DNA of 64,000 bases from Candidatus Latescibacterota bacterium (GTDB lineage: Bacteria > Latescibacterota > UBA2968 > GCA-2709665): assembly GCA_965205485.1 (NCBI GenBank), contig OZ242180.1:3296001-3360000 (forward strand). The letters run 5' to 3'. The notes beneath the pieces are model-generated. The model worked only from the letters and a program-made list of their open reading frames with translations. It did not search any database and had not been told where the DNA came from. Below, in pieces: positions 29,349-38,095 of the stretch. Made by a program: the position numbers and the translations under genes. Every line of letters starts with the position of its first letter. Position 1 is the first letter of the stretch.

Positions 29349-30341
29349 ATGCGCGATGAGTCTCTCAGAGTCGCCGTTATCGGCGCCAGCGGAATCGGTC
29401 AGCATCACGCCCGGTGGTACGATCTCTCCGGTTGCGAGGTGGTTGCGTTCGCCGGTACATCGAAGGATTCGTGCGAGCGAACCCGCGAACGGCTGGCGTC
29501 GTACTTCGGGTTCAGCGGACGGGCGTATCAGGACGTGGAGGCGATGTTGCGGGACGAAACTCCCGACATTGTCGCGGTGACGAGTCCGTACCCGATGCAC
29601 AGGGCTCACGCGATCGCCGCGCTCGACGCAGGCGCCCACGTGCTTTGCGAGAAGCCGTTCTGCTGGGACAAAAACAAGGAACTGGATGAAATCCTCGCCG
29701 ACGGACTGGCAGTTGTCGCGAAGGCGAAGGACGCGGGCCGCCTGCTGGGCGTGTCTGCCCAGTATCCTGCGGGTATACCGCACTACCGTGCGTTTTATGA
29801 GCGGGTTCGCGGAACCTGGGACCCCGTGACGCGGATTACGATGGAAATGGAGGTGAAGGGAAGAAAAGGGCCCAAACGCCGCGAGGAAATCTGGGCCGAC
29901 GTCGCTCCGCACGCATTGAGCCTGGTCATTGGCTTCCTTCCGGATGGAAGGATGGATATGACAACCGCCGAATGCGAGATCGACGAGCGCGAGAACCGGG
30001 CGCGATTCGACACCGTCAGCCCCCGCGGACGGTGCGGGGTGGATCTGGTTATGCGGGATATCGACGAGGGCATACCGGCGCGCCGGTTCGGTGTCAACGG
30101 CTTTATGGTGGATTGGGAGGGGTACGTAGACGACGATGGAATCTACCGCGCCCGCCTCGTCCATGAAAGTGAATCTCTCCAATGCGACGACTTTCTGCAC
30201 GTACTGGTCGATGCATTTGTTTCATGCGTGCGGGGTTCGGGCGGTCGGCCCGTCGTTTCGGGCGCGGACGGATTGCTGGGGCTGGAGTACCAGGTCGAAC
30301 TGTTGCGCCTGGCTAGAGCTCAATCCCGTTCCCGGACCTGA
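29349..30341 (+). CDS. Gfo/Idh/MocA family oxidoreductase
   Basis: VAVIGASGIG, AHVLCEKP. Confidence 0.85.
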   Translation: MRDESLRVAVIGASGIGQHHARWYDLSGCEVVAFAGTSKDSCERTRERLASYFGFSGRAYQDVEAMLRDETPDIVAVTSPYPMHRAHAIAALDAGAHVLCEKPFCWDKNKELDEILADGLAVVAKAKDAGRLLGVSAQYPAGIPHYRAFYERVRGTWDPVTRITMEMEVKGRKGPKRREEIWADVAPHALSLVIGFLPDGRMDMTTAECEIDERENRARFDTVSPRGRCGVDLVMRDIDEGIPARRFGVNGFMVDWEGYVDDDGIYRARLVHESESLQCDDFLHVLVDAFVSCVRGSGGRPVVSGADGLLGLEYQVELLRLARAQSRSRT

Positions 30342-30358
30342 GCACGGGGCGCGCAAGA

Positions 30359-31138
30359 ATGGAGCCGAAGCGCAAGGCCGATATTGCCGTTATCGTCACC
30401 TGTCACAATTACGGCCGTTACCTCCGGCAATGCCTGCGTTCGATTGAAAACCAGGTGCTGAAACCGGCGTCCGTTCTGGTGGTGGACGACGCAAGCACGG
30501 ACGAAACCGGGGAAGTCGCCCGGCAGTTTCCGGAGATGGAATACCGCCGGGTTGAATTCCTGAACGCCAACAGGTCCCGGAATTACGGGTTCACGCAGGT
30601 ATCCGCCGAATGGGTCGTGTTCTTCGACGCGGACAACTATATGTCGCCCGGATTTCTGGATGAGCTTTACGTGGCGGCGCGCACGCATCCGGACCTCGAT
30701 TTCGTATATTGCGATCGCGTCAACTTCACCGACGGGGACGGCTCCTGGCATCCCGAGCCGGACGGAATCAGGAAATCCGGGCCCTTCCAGCCGGACAGGC
30801 TGCGAAGGGGCAACTATGTGGACATCGCCTCGCTGTTGCGGTCAGGCAGTTTTCCGGGTTTCGACGAATCTCTGCTGCGTTATCAGGATTGGGACCTGTG
30901 GCTGAATGTTGTTCTGAGACGGCAGGGCTGCGGTCACTATGTTCCGAAGCCCCTTTTCTACTATCGGATCCACGACGCCAATATCAGCCGCAGGGAGTCC
31001 GACGACAGGGCGGTCTGGTGTGTCCGACGGAAGTATCGACTCGGGCTCTACTTTAATTTACCGCTCGTCAGAGACGCATGCTGGCTGTTTTGCGCGCTCC
31101 GGAAATTGAAGAGAACCGCGTTCGGTCGCAGCCGCTGA
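30359..31138 (+). CDS. Family 2 glycosyltransferase
   Basis: VIVTCHNYGRYL, VVDDASTD, FFDAD (DXD), FDESL..QDWDLW. Confidence 0.9.
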   Translation: MEPKRKADIAVIVTCHNYGRYLRQCLRSIENQVLKPASVLVVDDASTDETGEVARQFPEMEYRRVEFLNANRSRNYGFTQVSAEWVVFFDADNYMSPGFLDELYVAARTHPDLDFVYCDRVNFTDGDGSWHPEPDGIRKSGPFQPDRLRRGNYVDIASLLRSGSFPGFDESLLRYQDWDLWLNVVLRRQGCGHYVPKPLFYYRIHDANISRRESDDRAVWCVRRKYRLGLYFNLPLVRDACWLFCALRKLKRTAFGRSR

Positions 31139-31147
31139 TCCTGGCAC

Positions 31148-31882
31148 GTGAAAACAGGGGGGCGTTTGGACGTTACGCATCTGGTGCTGGCGTTGGCGGG
31201 CCTGCTCGTTGGCGTTATGAAAGCCGGGTTCGGCGGCGGCGTAGGCGTGGTCGTGACGCCGCTGCTGGCGCTGGTGATACCCGCCAAGCTGGCGCTGGGC
31301 GTCATGTTGCCGCTTTCACTCGCGGCGGATCTGATTGCGATCCGGTACTATTGGAAGTACCGCGTGTCCAGGGTTGTCGGTAGCCTGATTCCGGGGATGG
31401 CGGTGGGTGTGCTGGTTGGATGGGTATTATTGGACGCCATTCCCGAACTGTGGTTCCGGCGCGTGCTGGGCGGACTGGCGTGCGTGTTCGGCCTGTTGCA
31501 GGCGTTCAGAGACCGACTTCCGAGCGTGCCGAATGTCTCCGCCGTCGCCGCCGGCGTGGCGCTCGGCGTCGTCTCGGTACTCACCCATTCCGGCGGCATC
31601 ATCCTGATGTTGTATCTGATACCCCAGGGCCTGAGCGGGAGGGTATTTGTGGCAACCGCGGTGCTTGTGGGGCTGGCGTTGAATTCCATGAAGGCGCTGG
31701 CCTATGCGCACCTTGGCCTGCTGGGCCCGGAAGTGTGGCGCATGGATCTCTTCATGCTGCCGACGCTTGCCGCGGGCGTGGGCCTGGGCATCCTCATGAA
31801 TCGTGGGCTGTCGGTCGTATGGTTCAACAGGGCAATCCTGGTCCTGGTGCTGGTGATCGGCGTCCGGTTGATGCTATCCTAG
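31148..31882 (+). CDS. TauE/SafE family (sulfite exporter-like) membrane protein
   Basis: GVMKAGFGGGVG...PLL, HSGG; about 8 TM segments. Confidence 0.85.
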   Translation: MKTGGRLDVTHLVLALAGLLVGVMKAGFGGGVGVVVTPLLALVIPAKLALGVMLPLSLAADLIAIRYYWKYRVSRVVGSLIPGMAVGVLVGWVLLDAIPELWFRRVLGGLACVFGLLQAFRDRLPSVPNVSAVAAGVALGVVSVLTHSGGIILMLYLIPQGLSGRVFVATAVLVGLALNSMKALAYAHLGLLGPEVWRMDLFMLPTLAAGVGLGILMNRGLSVVWFNRAILVLVLVIGVRLMLS

Positions 31883-31926
31883 GATTTCGTGTGTCCCGCG
31901 GCCGCTGGCGAGAAGCGGAGGAATGG

Positions 31927-32667
31927 GTGTCACGACCGGTAATCGGCATCACCACCAGCATCGAGACATCGAAGGGCCGCGACTCACGCCAGACCGTTGG
32001 CTGCGCATATGTCGGCGCCGTGGAACGGGCCGGCGGTTGCCCGGTGATTCTCCCGATGGTCGATCGACAGGCGGCGCTTGCGCCGGTGCTGGATCTGATC
32101 GACGGGCTGATTATTACGGGAGGTCCGGGCATTACGGACGGTCTGATCGGCGTGCTTCCCGACGACCTCCCCCCGGTAGATCCGATCCGGGCTCAGACGG
32201 ACAACTGGATTTACCGAGACGCACGGAAACGGGACCTGCCAATGCTGGGCATCTGCTACGGTATGCAGTTCATCAACGCCAGATTCGAAGGCGCGATCTA
32301 CGCTGATATACAGGTCCAACTCGGCAAATGCCCCCATTCCCCCAAACGTTCGGAACAGCTTCCGCTCCGGCACCGCGTTCGGACGCTGGCGGACACCTGG
32401 CTCGCAAGCCTGACCGGCCGGCCGGGCGAGCCCCTCGAAGTGAACAGCTCCCATATCCAGGCCATCGAGAGGCCCGGTAGCGGGCTTCGCGTCAATGCGG
32501 TAAGCAATGACGGTGTTATCGAAGGGATAGAGACGCAGGACGGACGCATCATTGGCCTGCAGTTTCACCCCGAGGCGATGCCAGGTACGGTGTGGGACCG
32601 CGTATTCGAACATCTGGTTTCAATTTCGCGGGCCGGCAGGAACAGGGAAACCGTCGACCGGGACTGA
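31927..32667 (+). CDS. Peptidase C26 / gamma-glutamyl-GABA hydrolase-like class I glutamine amidotransferase
   Basis: RPVIGIT, DGLIITGG, LGICYGMQ, VNSSHIQ, GLQFHPE. Confidence 0.9.
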   Translation: MSRPVIGITTSIETSKGRDSRQTVGCAYVGAVERAGGCPVILPMVDRQAALAPVLDLIDGLIITGGPGITDGLIGVLPDDLPPVDPIRAQTDNWIYRDARKRDLPMLGICYGMQFINARFEGAIYADIQVQLGKCPHSPKRSEQLPLRHRVRTLADTWLASLTGRPGEPLEVNSSHIQAIERPGSGLRVNAVSNDGVIEGIETQDGRIIGLQFHPEAMPGTVWDRVFEHLVSISRAGRNRETVDRD

Positions 32668-32760
32668 AATAATCGCGGCGGCCGGCGCCGTTGTCGTTCC
32701 GGAGTGTTGCAAATTGCGGGCGTTACCGTTCAATGGTACGAATTCAGGAAGGAAACCCGG

Positions 32761-33420
32761 ATGAGAGAGCGACCCGTTTACTGCTGCAGAAGCGTCTCAA
32801 CGCCGCCGCCATTGGATGGGAACATTGCCGGAACCGTGTGGGCGTCGGCAGAGAAAGTCAACCGGGCATTCCATCTGATTGGGACCCGGGCCGACCCGCC
32901 CGGCTACTTCCTGGAAGCCGCGGCGCTATGGGACGACGAGGCCCTCTACGTATGTCTTGTATCCGATCCTTCCCCCGTTCCCGTGACGATGCGGGAGCGT
33001 GACGAAGACCTGTTCAACGAGTGTGCGGTGGAGGTCTTCCTTCGAGCGGGAAGCGGCTACTATGAAATCGAGGTGAATCCTCTGGGCGCCGTATTGGATC
33101 TTTACTTCCCGCGGGAGGAAGAGACCGACTGGCGGGCGATGGCGAAATTCGACGTGCCGGGGCTGGTGTGGACGGTCGGGGAGGTGGATGCGAACGGCCG
33201 CTGGTGCGCGCAACTGGCCATCCCGTGGGACGGCGTACCTGAGGTGAGCAGAGCGCGACACGACGGCATGGCCTGCATTTTCGCCAATTTTACGCGAAGC
33301 CAGAAGTTACCGGACGGAAGGTATCATCTGACCACGTGGGGGCCCGCGCAGAATGCGTTTTGCGAACTTGCGAATATGGGCTGCGTCGTACTCTCGTCCC
33401 GCGAACAGGCGGATCGATGA
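32761..33420 (+). CDS. Carbohydrate-binding family 9-like (DOMON-like) protein
   Basis: PPPLDG, ALWDDEALY, ECAVEVFL, YYEIEVNPLG, LAIPW. Confidence 0.78.
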   Translation: MRERPVYCCRSVSTPPPLDGNIAGTVWASAEKVNRAFHLIGTRADPPGYFLEAAALWDDEALYVCLVSDPSPVPVTMRERDEDLFNECAVEVFLRAGSGYYEIEVNPLGAVLDLYFPREEETDWRAMAKFDVPGLVWTVGEVDANGRWCAQLAIPWDGVPEVSRARHDGMACIFANFTRSQKLPDGRYHLTTWGPAQNAFCELANMGCVVLSSREQADR

Positions 33421-33986
33421 ACGAAGGAGCCCCCCCTGCCGCGCGCGGCCGGACTCGACCGGCAGATAGGTTCTGGACGACTGCAAACGGACTGAGCCTG
33501 CTCCGCGCCGTGTTGACCGGACCGGTACTCTGGATGATCTGGATGGGTCCGGCGTATAAGTGGTATATGTTCTCCGTTGTCATGGCGATGATTATATCCG
33601 ATATTCTGGACGGATTTCTCGCACGGCGCTCGGGGACCGTAACGCGGTGGGGAAAGATCCTGGACCCGCTTGCCGACAAGGTGGCCATCGATGCGATCGC
33701 GATCATGCTGGCGATTGTGAAGGGATTGCCGCTCTGGGTCGTTGCCGTGGTTGTCGGACGGGATGTTGCCATTGTAGCAGCAGGCGTTTTCTTGCTGAAA
33801 CGGGACCGAATCGTACACTCTTCCAATGTCTGGGGCAAGCTGACCAGCTGTGCGATGAGCGTCCTGCTGATTGCCTACGCAATGGACGCTCAGCCTCTGA
33901 AAGCCCCCTTTTTGTACCTGTCGGCGCTGCTCCTTCTGGCTTCGTCCGTAAGCTATACGCGCAGATTTCCTATCGAAAGGCGGTAG
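33417..33986 (+). CDS. CDP-alcohol phosphatidyltransferase (PgsA-like)
   Basis: TTANGLSLLR, SDILDGFLARR...WGKILDPLADK signature. Confidence 0.92.
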   Translation: MNEGAPPAARGRTRPADRFWTTANGLSLLRAVLTGPVLWMIWMGPAYKWYMFSVVMAMIISDILDGFLARRSGTVTRWGKILDPLADKVAIDAIAIMLAIVKGLPLWVVAVVVGRDVAIVAAGVFLLKRDRIVHSSNVWGKLTSCAMSVLLIAYAMDAQPLKAPFLYLSALLLLASSVSYTRRFPIERR

Positions 33987-34010
33987 AGCGTCAGGCGTGA
34001 TTCTACCCAC

Positions 34011-34694
34011 TTGCGAATCAGTGTTATTATTCCCGTTGTCAATGAAGCAGAAGTCATAACCGGATGCCTGGCGCAGTTCCGAGGACAACGGAACGTTGAA
34101 GTGATCGTGGTCGATGGCGGCAGCCGGGACGGTACGCAGGACAGGACCCGGGCAGCCGGAATCGCGCAGCTGGTGACGTCGCCGAGATCGTTCCGATCCG
34201 CGCAGATGAATCGCGGGGCGGGGTCGGCCTCGGGGGACGTGCTGCTGTTTCTGCACGCCGATACGTTCCTCCCTGACGGCGCGATCCGGATGATCCGGGA
34301 ATCGCTCGAGGATCCGGTCGTGGCGGGTGGAAGCTTCCGCATGGGGCTTTCCGAAGATACGTGGGTGTTCCGGACGATCGCCTTCCTCTCCACGATGCGG
34401 TCCAGGTATCTCGGGGTTACCTACGGCGACCAGGGAATATACGTCCGCCGGGAAGTCTTCGACCGTGTGGCCGGTTTTCCGGAATTGGCGCTTTTCGAGG
34501 ACTCGGAGTTCTGTGCCGCCGTGAGGAAGCTGGGACGTTTCGTGCTGCTGGACGGCAGCGTCCGTACGTCCACTCGCCGTTGGCGGCGTTGGGGGGTCGT
34601 GCCCACGATTCTCTGGATGTGGACGTTGCGTATCCTGTTTCTGTGTTCAGTCTCGGATAAGCGGCTGTGCCGTCTCTATCGCGACGTGCGTTGA
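34011..34694 (+). CDS. TIGR04283-like family 2 glycosyltransferase
   Basis: ISVIIPVVNEA, VVDGGSRD, QMNRGA, LFLHADT, YGDQG, FEDSEF, TSTRRW. Confidence 0.9.
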   Translation: MRISVIIPVVNEAEVITGCLAQFRGQRNVEVIVVDGGSRDGTQDRTRAAGIAQLVTSPRSFRSAQMNRGAGSASGDVLLFLHADTFLPDGAIRMIRESLEDPVVAGGSFRMGLSEDTWVFRTIAFLSTMRSRYLGVTYGDQGIYVRREVFDRVAGFPELALFEDSEFCAAVRKLGRFVLLDGSVRTSTRRWRRWGVVPTILWMWTLRILFLCSVSDKRLCRLYRDVR

Positions 34695-34714
34695 ACAGAT
34701 CGAGGAGGCTTGGG

Positions 34715-35782
34715 ATGAACGCGGCGCGACTGGGTTTTGTCGGCCTGGGGTACATTACGGTCAATGCCCATCTTCCGCCACTGGCCGTACTGGCGGAAAA
34801 AGGCCATGTGACGTTGCAGGCATTCTGCGACGCAGACGGTGGAACGGCCGCCAGCCAGGCGCGGACCTTCGGTGCGAATGCAGTATACACGGACCATCGT
34901 GAGATGTTCGATAAGGAGGATCTGGACGGCGTCTACATCTGCATCCCGCCCACCCTGCATACGGATGCCGAATTGATCGCCGCGGAGAAGAGGATCCCGG
35001 TAATGGTGGAGAAACCACAGACGCTCGACATCGCGCAGGCCGTCCGGTTCAGCGAGGCGATCAGCAAATCGGGGGTCCCTTCTCAGGTTGGTTTCATGAG
35101 CAGGTATTACACGACCGCGGAGTTCCTGAGGGACCGGGTCTCGGAGCGGACGCCCAGACACGCCCTGGTCCAACTGCTCTACAGTGGCGGTCACATTCGC
35201 TACTGGACAAGCCGATTCGAACTCTGCGGCGGATCGTTCGTGGAGAATACGATTCACATGGTGGACCTGCTCAGATTTTTCCTGGGCGACATCACGGAGG
35301 TTTCCGCGTTTTATCATTATCGCAAGCCCGGGGAAGGTCCCGATCCCATCAATCTGCCCCATGTGTACGACGTGAATTACCGCTTCGAGAGCGGCGTCGT
35401 GGCCAGTGTGACCACCTCGCGCGTGCTGACGAACGTCAATTCGTCCAGGCGGGAGGTGCTGGTCGTATGCGACGATTCGCTGATGGAGTGGTCGGCGGAA
35501 CGGGTCGTGGAAAACGGTGAGACGGTCTTCGAGCCGACGTGCGCGGACAATCCGTTCGCCATCCAGGCTCGTGAATTTGTCAAAGCGATCCGTTCGGGCG
35601 ACGCGTCCGGACTGCGAAACGGGTACCCGCAGGCGTTGAACAGCCTGGCCGCGGTGTTGGGGGCGAATGCGTCCGCCTCCGAAGGGGGTGCGCTGATACG
35701 GCTGGACGATTTCGTGTCCGGTACGGTCGGCGCACGGGATCGAGTCCACGCAAATGCGGGTGCGGCGACCGGCGCTTCATGA
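34715..35782 (+). CDS. Gfo/Idh/MocA family oxidoreductase
   Basis: LGFVGLG, VMVEKP, CGGSFVENTIHMVD. GAGGAGG RBS. Confidence 0.9.
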   Translation: MNAARLGFVGLGYITVNAHLPPLAVLAEKGHVTLQAFCDADGGTAASQARTFGANAVYTDHREMFDKEDLDGVYICIPPTLHTDAELIAAEKRIPVMVEKPQTLDIAQAVRFSEAISKSGVPSQVGFMSRYYTTAEFLRDRVSERTPRHALVQLLYSGGHIRYWTSRFELCGGSFVENTIHMVDLLRFFLGDITEVSAFYHYRKPGEGPDPINLPHVYDVNYRFESGVVASVTTSRVLTNVNSSRREVLVVCDDSLMEWSAERVVENGETVFEPTCADNPFAIQAREFVKAIRSGDASGLRNGYPQALNSLAAVLGANASASEGGALIRLDDFVSGTVGARDRVHANAGAATGAS

Positions 35783-35798
35783 ATAGGGGGTGTGGTCG

Positions 35799-36266
35799 AT
35801 GAGCGATATCAGATATTTCACGCCGGTGGAGGCCAACCGGACCCTGCCGCTGGTGAAGCGCATCGTTGCCGACATCCAGGCATCCGGACGCCGGCTGAGG
35901 CGCCTCGCCGAGAAACTCGGGCCTGCAGCGGCCGACGATGCCGAAATCAGGAAACTGATTGCGTCGCTGAATGAGTTCTTCGAGGAACTGGAGGGCATCG
36001 GCTGTTCGTATAAAGATCCCAATTTCAACCTCGGCCTTGTAGATTTCCCCGCCGTGATTGACGGCGAGGAAGTGCTTCTGTGCTGGCGAAGCGATGAGCC
36101 GGCCGTCACCCATTACCACGGTCCCATGGAAGGTTATCAGGGGCGCAAGCGGATTCCCGATGAATTGCTTCGGGAACCCGGAACGGATCAGGGAGAGGAG
36201 CAGTACGATGACAGTTCAGGAACTGGCGAGCCGGTTTCCGGAGATCCCGGCCGATCTGCACGGTGA
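35799..36266 (+). CDS. DUF2203 family protein
   Basis: FTPVEANRTLPLV, KD...GLVDFP, LLCWRSDEP.V.HYH...GYQGRK. Confidence 0.85.
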   Translation: MSDIRYFTPVEANRTLPLVKRIVADIQASGRRLRRLAEKLGPAAADDAEIRKLIASLNEFFEELEGIGCSYKDPNFNLGLVDFPAVIDGEEVLLCWRSDEPAVTHYHGPMEGYQGRKRIPDELLREPGTDQGEEQYDDSSGTGEPVSGDPGRSAR

Positions 36267-36546
36267 GCCGCTGCTGGCGGCGTTCGCGGAGGCGTTTGAC
36301 GCGCAACTTGAAATTGCTCACAAGCCCAGCGCCTGCGCGGAGGAGCATGACGCGGGCAACCATTTCTATCTGAAACTGATCGGGCCGATCGACATCTACC
36401 GGTACGGACTCTACGACCGCGAACGGGTGCTGAAAGAGATCGGGCAACTCGTTGAAGGGCATCGGTCCGATCCCGACGGGTTCCCGCGCGGGTTGCTGCC
36501 GGAACAGGTTGCGCGGCAGGAGGTCAGAGGACCGGGTTGCGGATAG
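36208..36546 (+). CDS. Hypothetical protein (112 aa)
   Basis: GAGGAG RBS before ATG 36208; globular-looking sequence; overlaps the DUF2203 tail by 59 nt. Confidence 0.6.
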   Translation: MTVQELASRFPEIPADLHGEPLLAAFAEAFDAQLEIAHKPSACAEEHDAGNHFYLKLIGPIDIYRYGLYDRERVLKEIGQLVEGHRSDPDGFPRGLLPEQVARQEVRGPGCG

Positions 36547-36585
36547 GCCGAAGCCCGCGGTGTTCCGGGTATTGTGGCGGCGGCG

Positions 36586-36616
36586 TCGCCTGCAGAGCGA
36601 CTTTATCAACGGACTG
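36586..36616. mobile_element. MITE family 2, terminal fragment
   Basis: TCGCCTGCAGAGCGACTTTATCAACGGACTG equals the reverse complement of 1301-1331 with one mismatch. Confidence 0.6.
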
Positions 36617-36618
36617 TT

Positions 36619-38019
36619 ATGGCACAGCACGCGCTTCATTTTCGGACGGCCACAGAACTCGCCGGTCTGTACCGCAGCGGCCAGGTTTCGCCCGTGGAGG
36701 TAACCGAAGCGTATCTGGAACGGATCCATCGGTATCAGCACGGGTCGAAAGCCTTCATTACGGTAACCGCCGATCGCGCGCGGGCGGATGCGAAAGCCGC
36801 GGAACTGGCGCTCCGGTGCGGCAACGATGCCGGGCCGCTGCACGGCGTGCCGATCGCATTGAAGGACCTGTGCGATACCGCGGGCATACGCACCACCTCG
36901 GGAGCCCTGGCGAGGAAGGACTACGTGCCCGCGGCCTCCTCGACGGTCGCGAAGCGACTGGCGCGGGCGGGCACGGTGCTGCTGGGCAAGACGAACCTCG
37001 TGGAATATGCCTTCGGTCCGTTCGGAATCAACCCTCACTTCGGCACGCCGCCGAATCCATGGGACCCGGAGCGGGTTCCAGGCGGGTCCAGCAGCGGATC
37101 CGGTCTGGCGGTGGCGGCCGGTCTGGCTGCTGCCGCGATCGGAACGGACACGGGCGGTTCGGTGCGTATTCCCGCGGCATACTGCGGCGTCGTCGGTCTC
37201 AAGACCACAACGGGCCGCATTGGCACGGCGGGGGTCATGCCGCTTTCCTGGACGCTGGACACGATCGGACCCATGGCCAGATGTGTTGAAGACGCCGCGC
37301 TGATGTATTCGGCGACCGCGGGTGCGGAGACCGGAGACACCACGGCACTCGATTTGCCGGTCGGCGACGTCATGGGTCTCCTGAAGAAGGACGTCACGGG
37401 CCTGCGGCTCGCGGTGGTCCGCGAGCCGTTCTTCAGAGGGGCGGACCCGGACGTCGTCTCTCTTGTGGAAGACGCGATTCAGGTCCTTGCCGGCCTGGGT
37501 GCTGACGTCCGGGAAATGACGTTTCCCGAGGCGGTTCAGGCCGAAAGAGAGGAAGATAACCTCAGGCTCCTGCGGACCGAGGCGGTCGTTGTCCATCGCG
37601 AGGCGTTGACGGAAGCGCCGGATTCGTTCGGCTCCGACGTCCGTGCGCGTCTTCAGGTCGAGCCGGGCCTGCTGGCCGTCGATCTTGCGGAGATCCAGCG
37701 CAAACGTGCCGAAATGATGGAGACTGCGGCGGCGAGGTTGAGAGACGTCGAGGCCGTCGCCGGTCCCACGATGTTGTCTCCCGCGCCGTGTTTGAGCGAT
37801 CTGGACCGCGGCGAGCCGCACCGCTTGCTCACGCGGCTTGTAAACTGGCTGGGTCTGTGCGCGATATCCGTACCCTGCGGATTCACGTCCCGGGGACTTC
37901 CGGTGGGACTGCAGCTGACGGGCAAGCCCTACGACGAGGCGACGATTCTGCGGCTGGCCTACGCGTACGAGCAGGCGACGGACTGGCGGGCGGCGCACCC
38001 GCCCGGCTATTCGCCGTAA
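36619..38019 (+). CDS. Amidase signature family enzyme (GatA-like)
   Basis: GVPIALKD, GKTN, PGGSSSGS, GTDTGGSVRIPAAYCGVVGLK. Confidence 0.93.
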   Translation: MAQHALHFRTATELAGLYRSGQVSPVEVTEAYLERIHRYQHGSKAFITVTADRARADAKAAELALRCGNDAGPLHGVPIALKDLCDTAGIRTTSGALARKDYVPAASSTVAKRLARAGTVLLGKTNLVEYAFGPFGINPHFGTPPNPWDPERVPGGSSSGSGLAVAAGLAAAAIGTDTGGSVRIPAAYCGVVGLKTTTGRIGTAGVMPLSWTLDTIGPMARCVEDAALMYSATAGAETGDTTALDLPVGDVMGLLKKDVTGLRLAVVREPFFRGADPDVVSLVEDAIQVLAGLGADVREMTFPEAVQAEREEDNLRLLRTEAVVVHREALTEAPDSFGSDVRARLQVEPGLLAVDLAEIQRKRAEMMETAAARLRDVEAVAGPTMLSPAPCLSDLDRGEPHRLLTRLVNWLGLCAISVPCGFTSRGLPVGLQLTGKPYDEATILRLAYAYEQATDWRAAHPPGYSP

Positions 38020-38095
38020 GGGGACGATTGCGTCGACACCACATCGATTGACAACTGAAAATCAATACGAAGACTCAAAGCAAGGGGAGCGCGAT

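Noticed and set aside
36535..36546. Selenocysteine or stop read-through at the C-terminal GCG
   Set aside because: The stop is TAG, not TGA, and no SECIS-like evidence is visible.
36106..37998. 630-aa minus-strand ORF (also 43831-45660, 49974-52142, 60261-61952, 15023-16207)
   Set aside because: Antisense shadows of well-supported plus-strand genes, expected in GC-rich DNA; no motifs.
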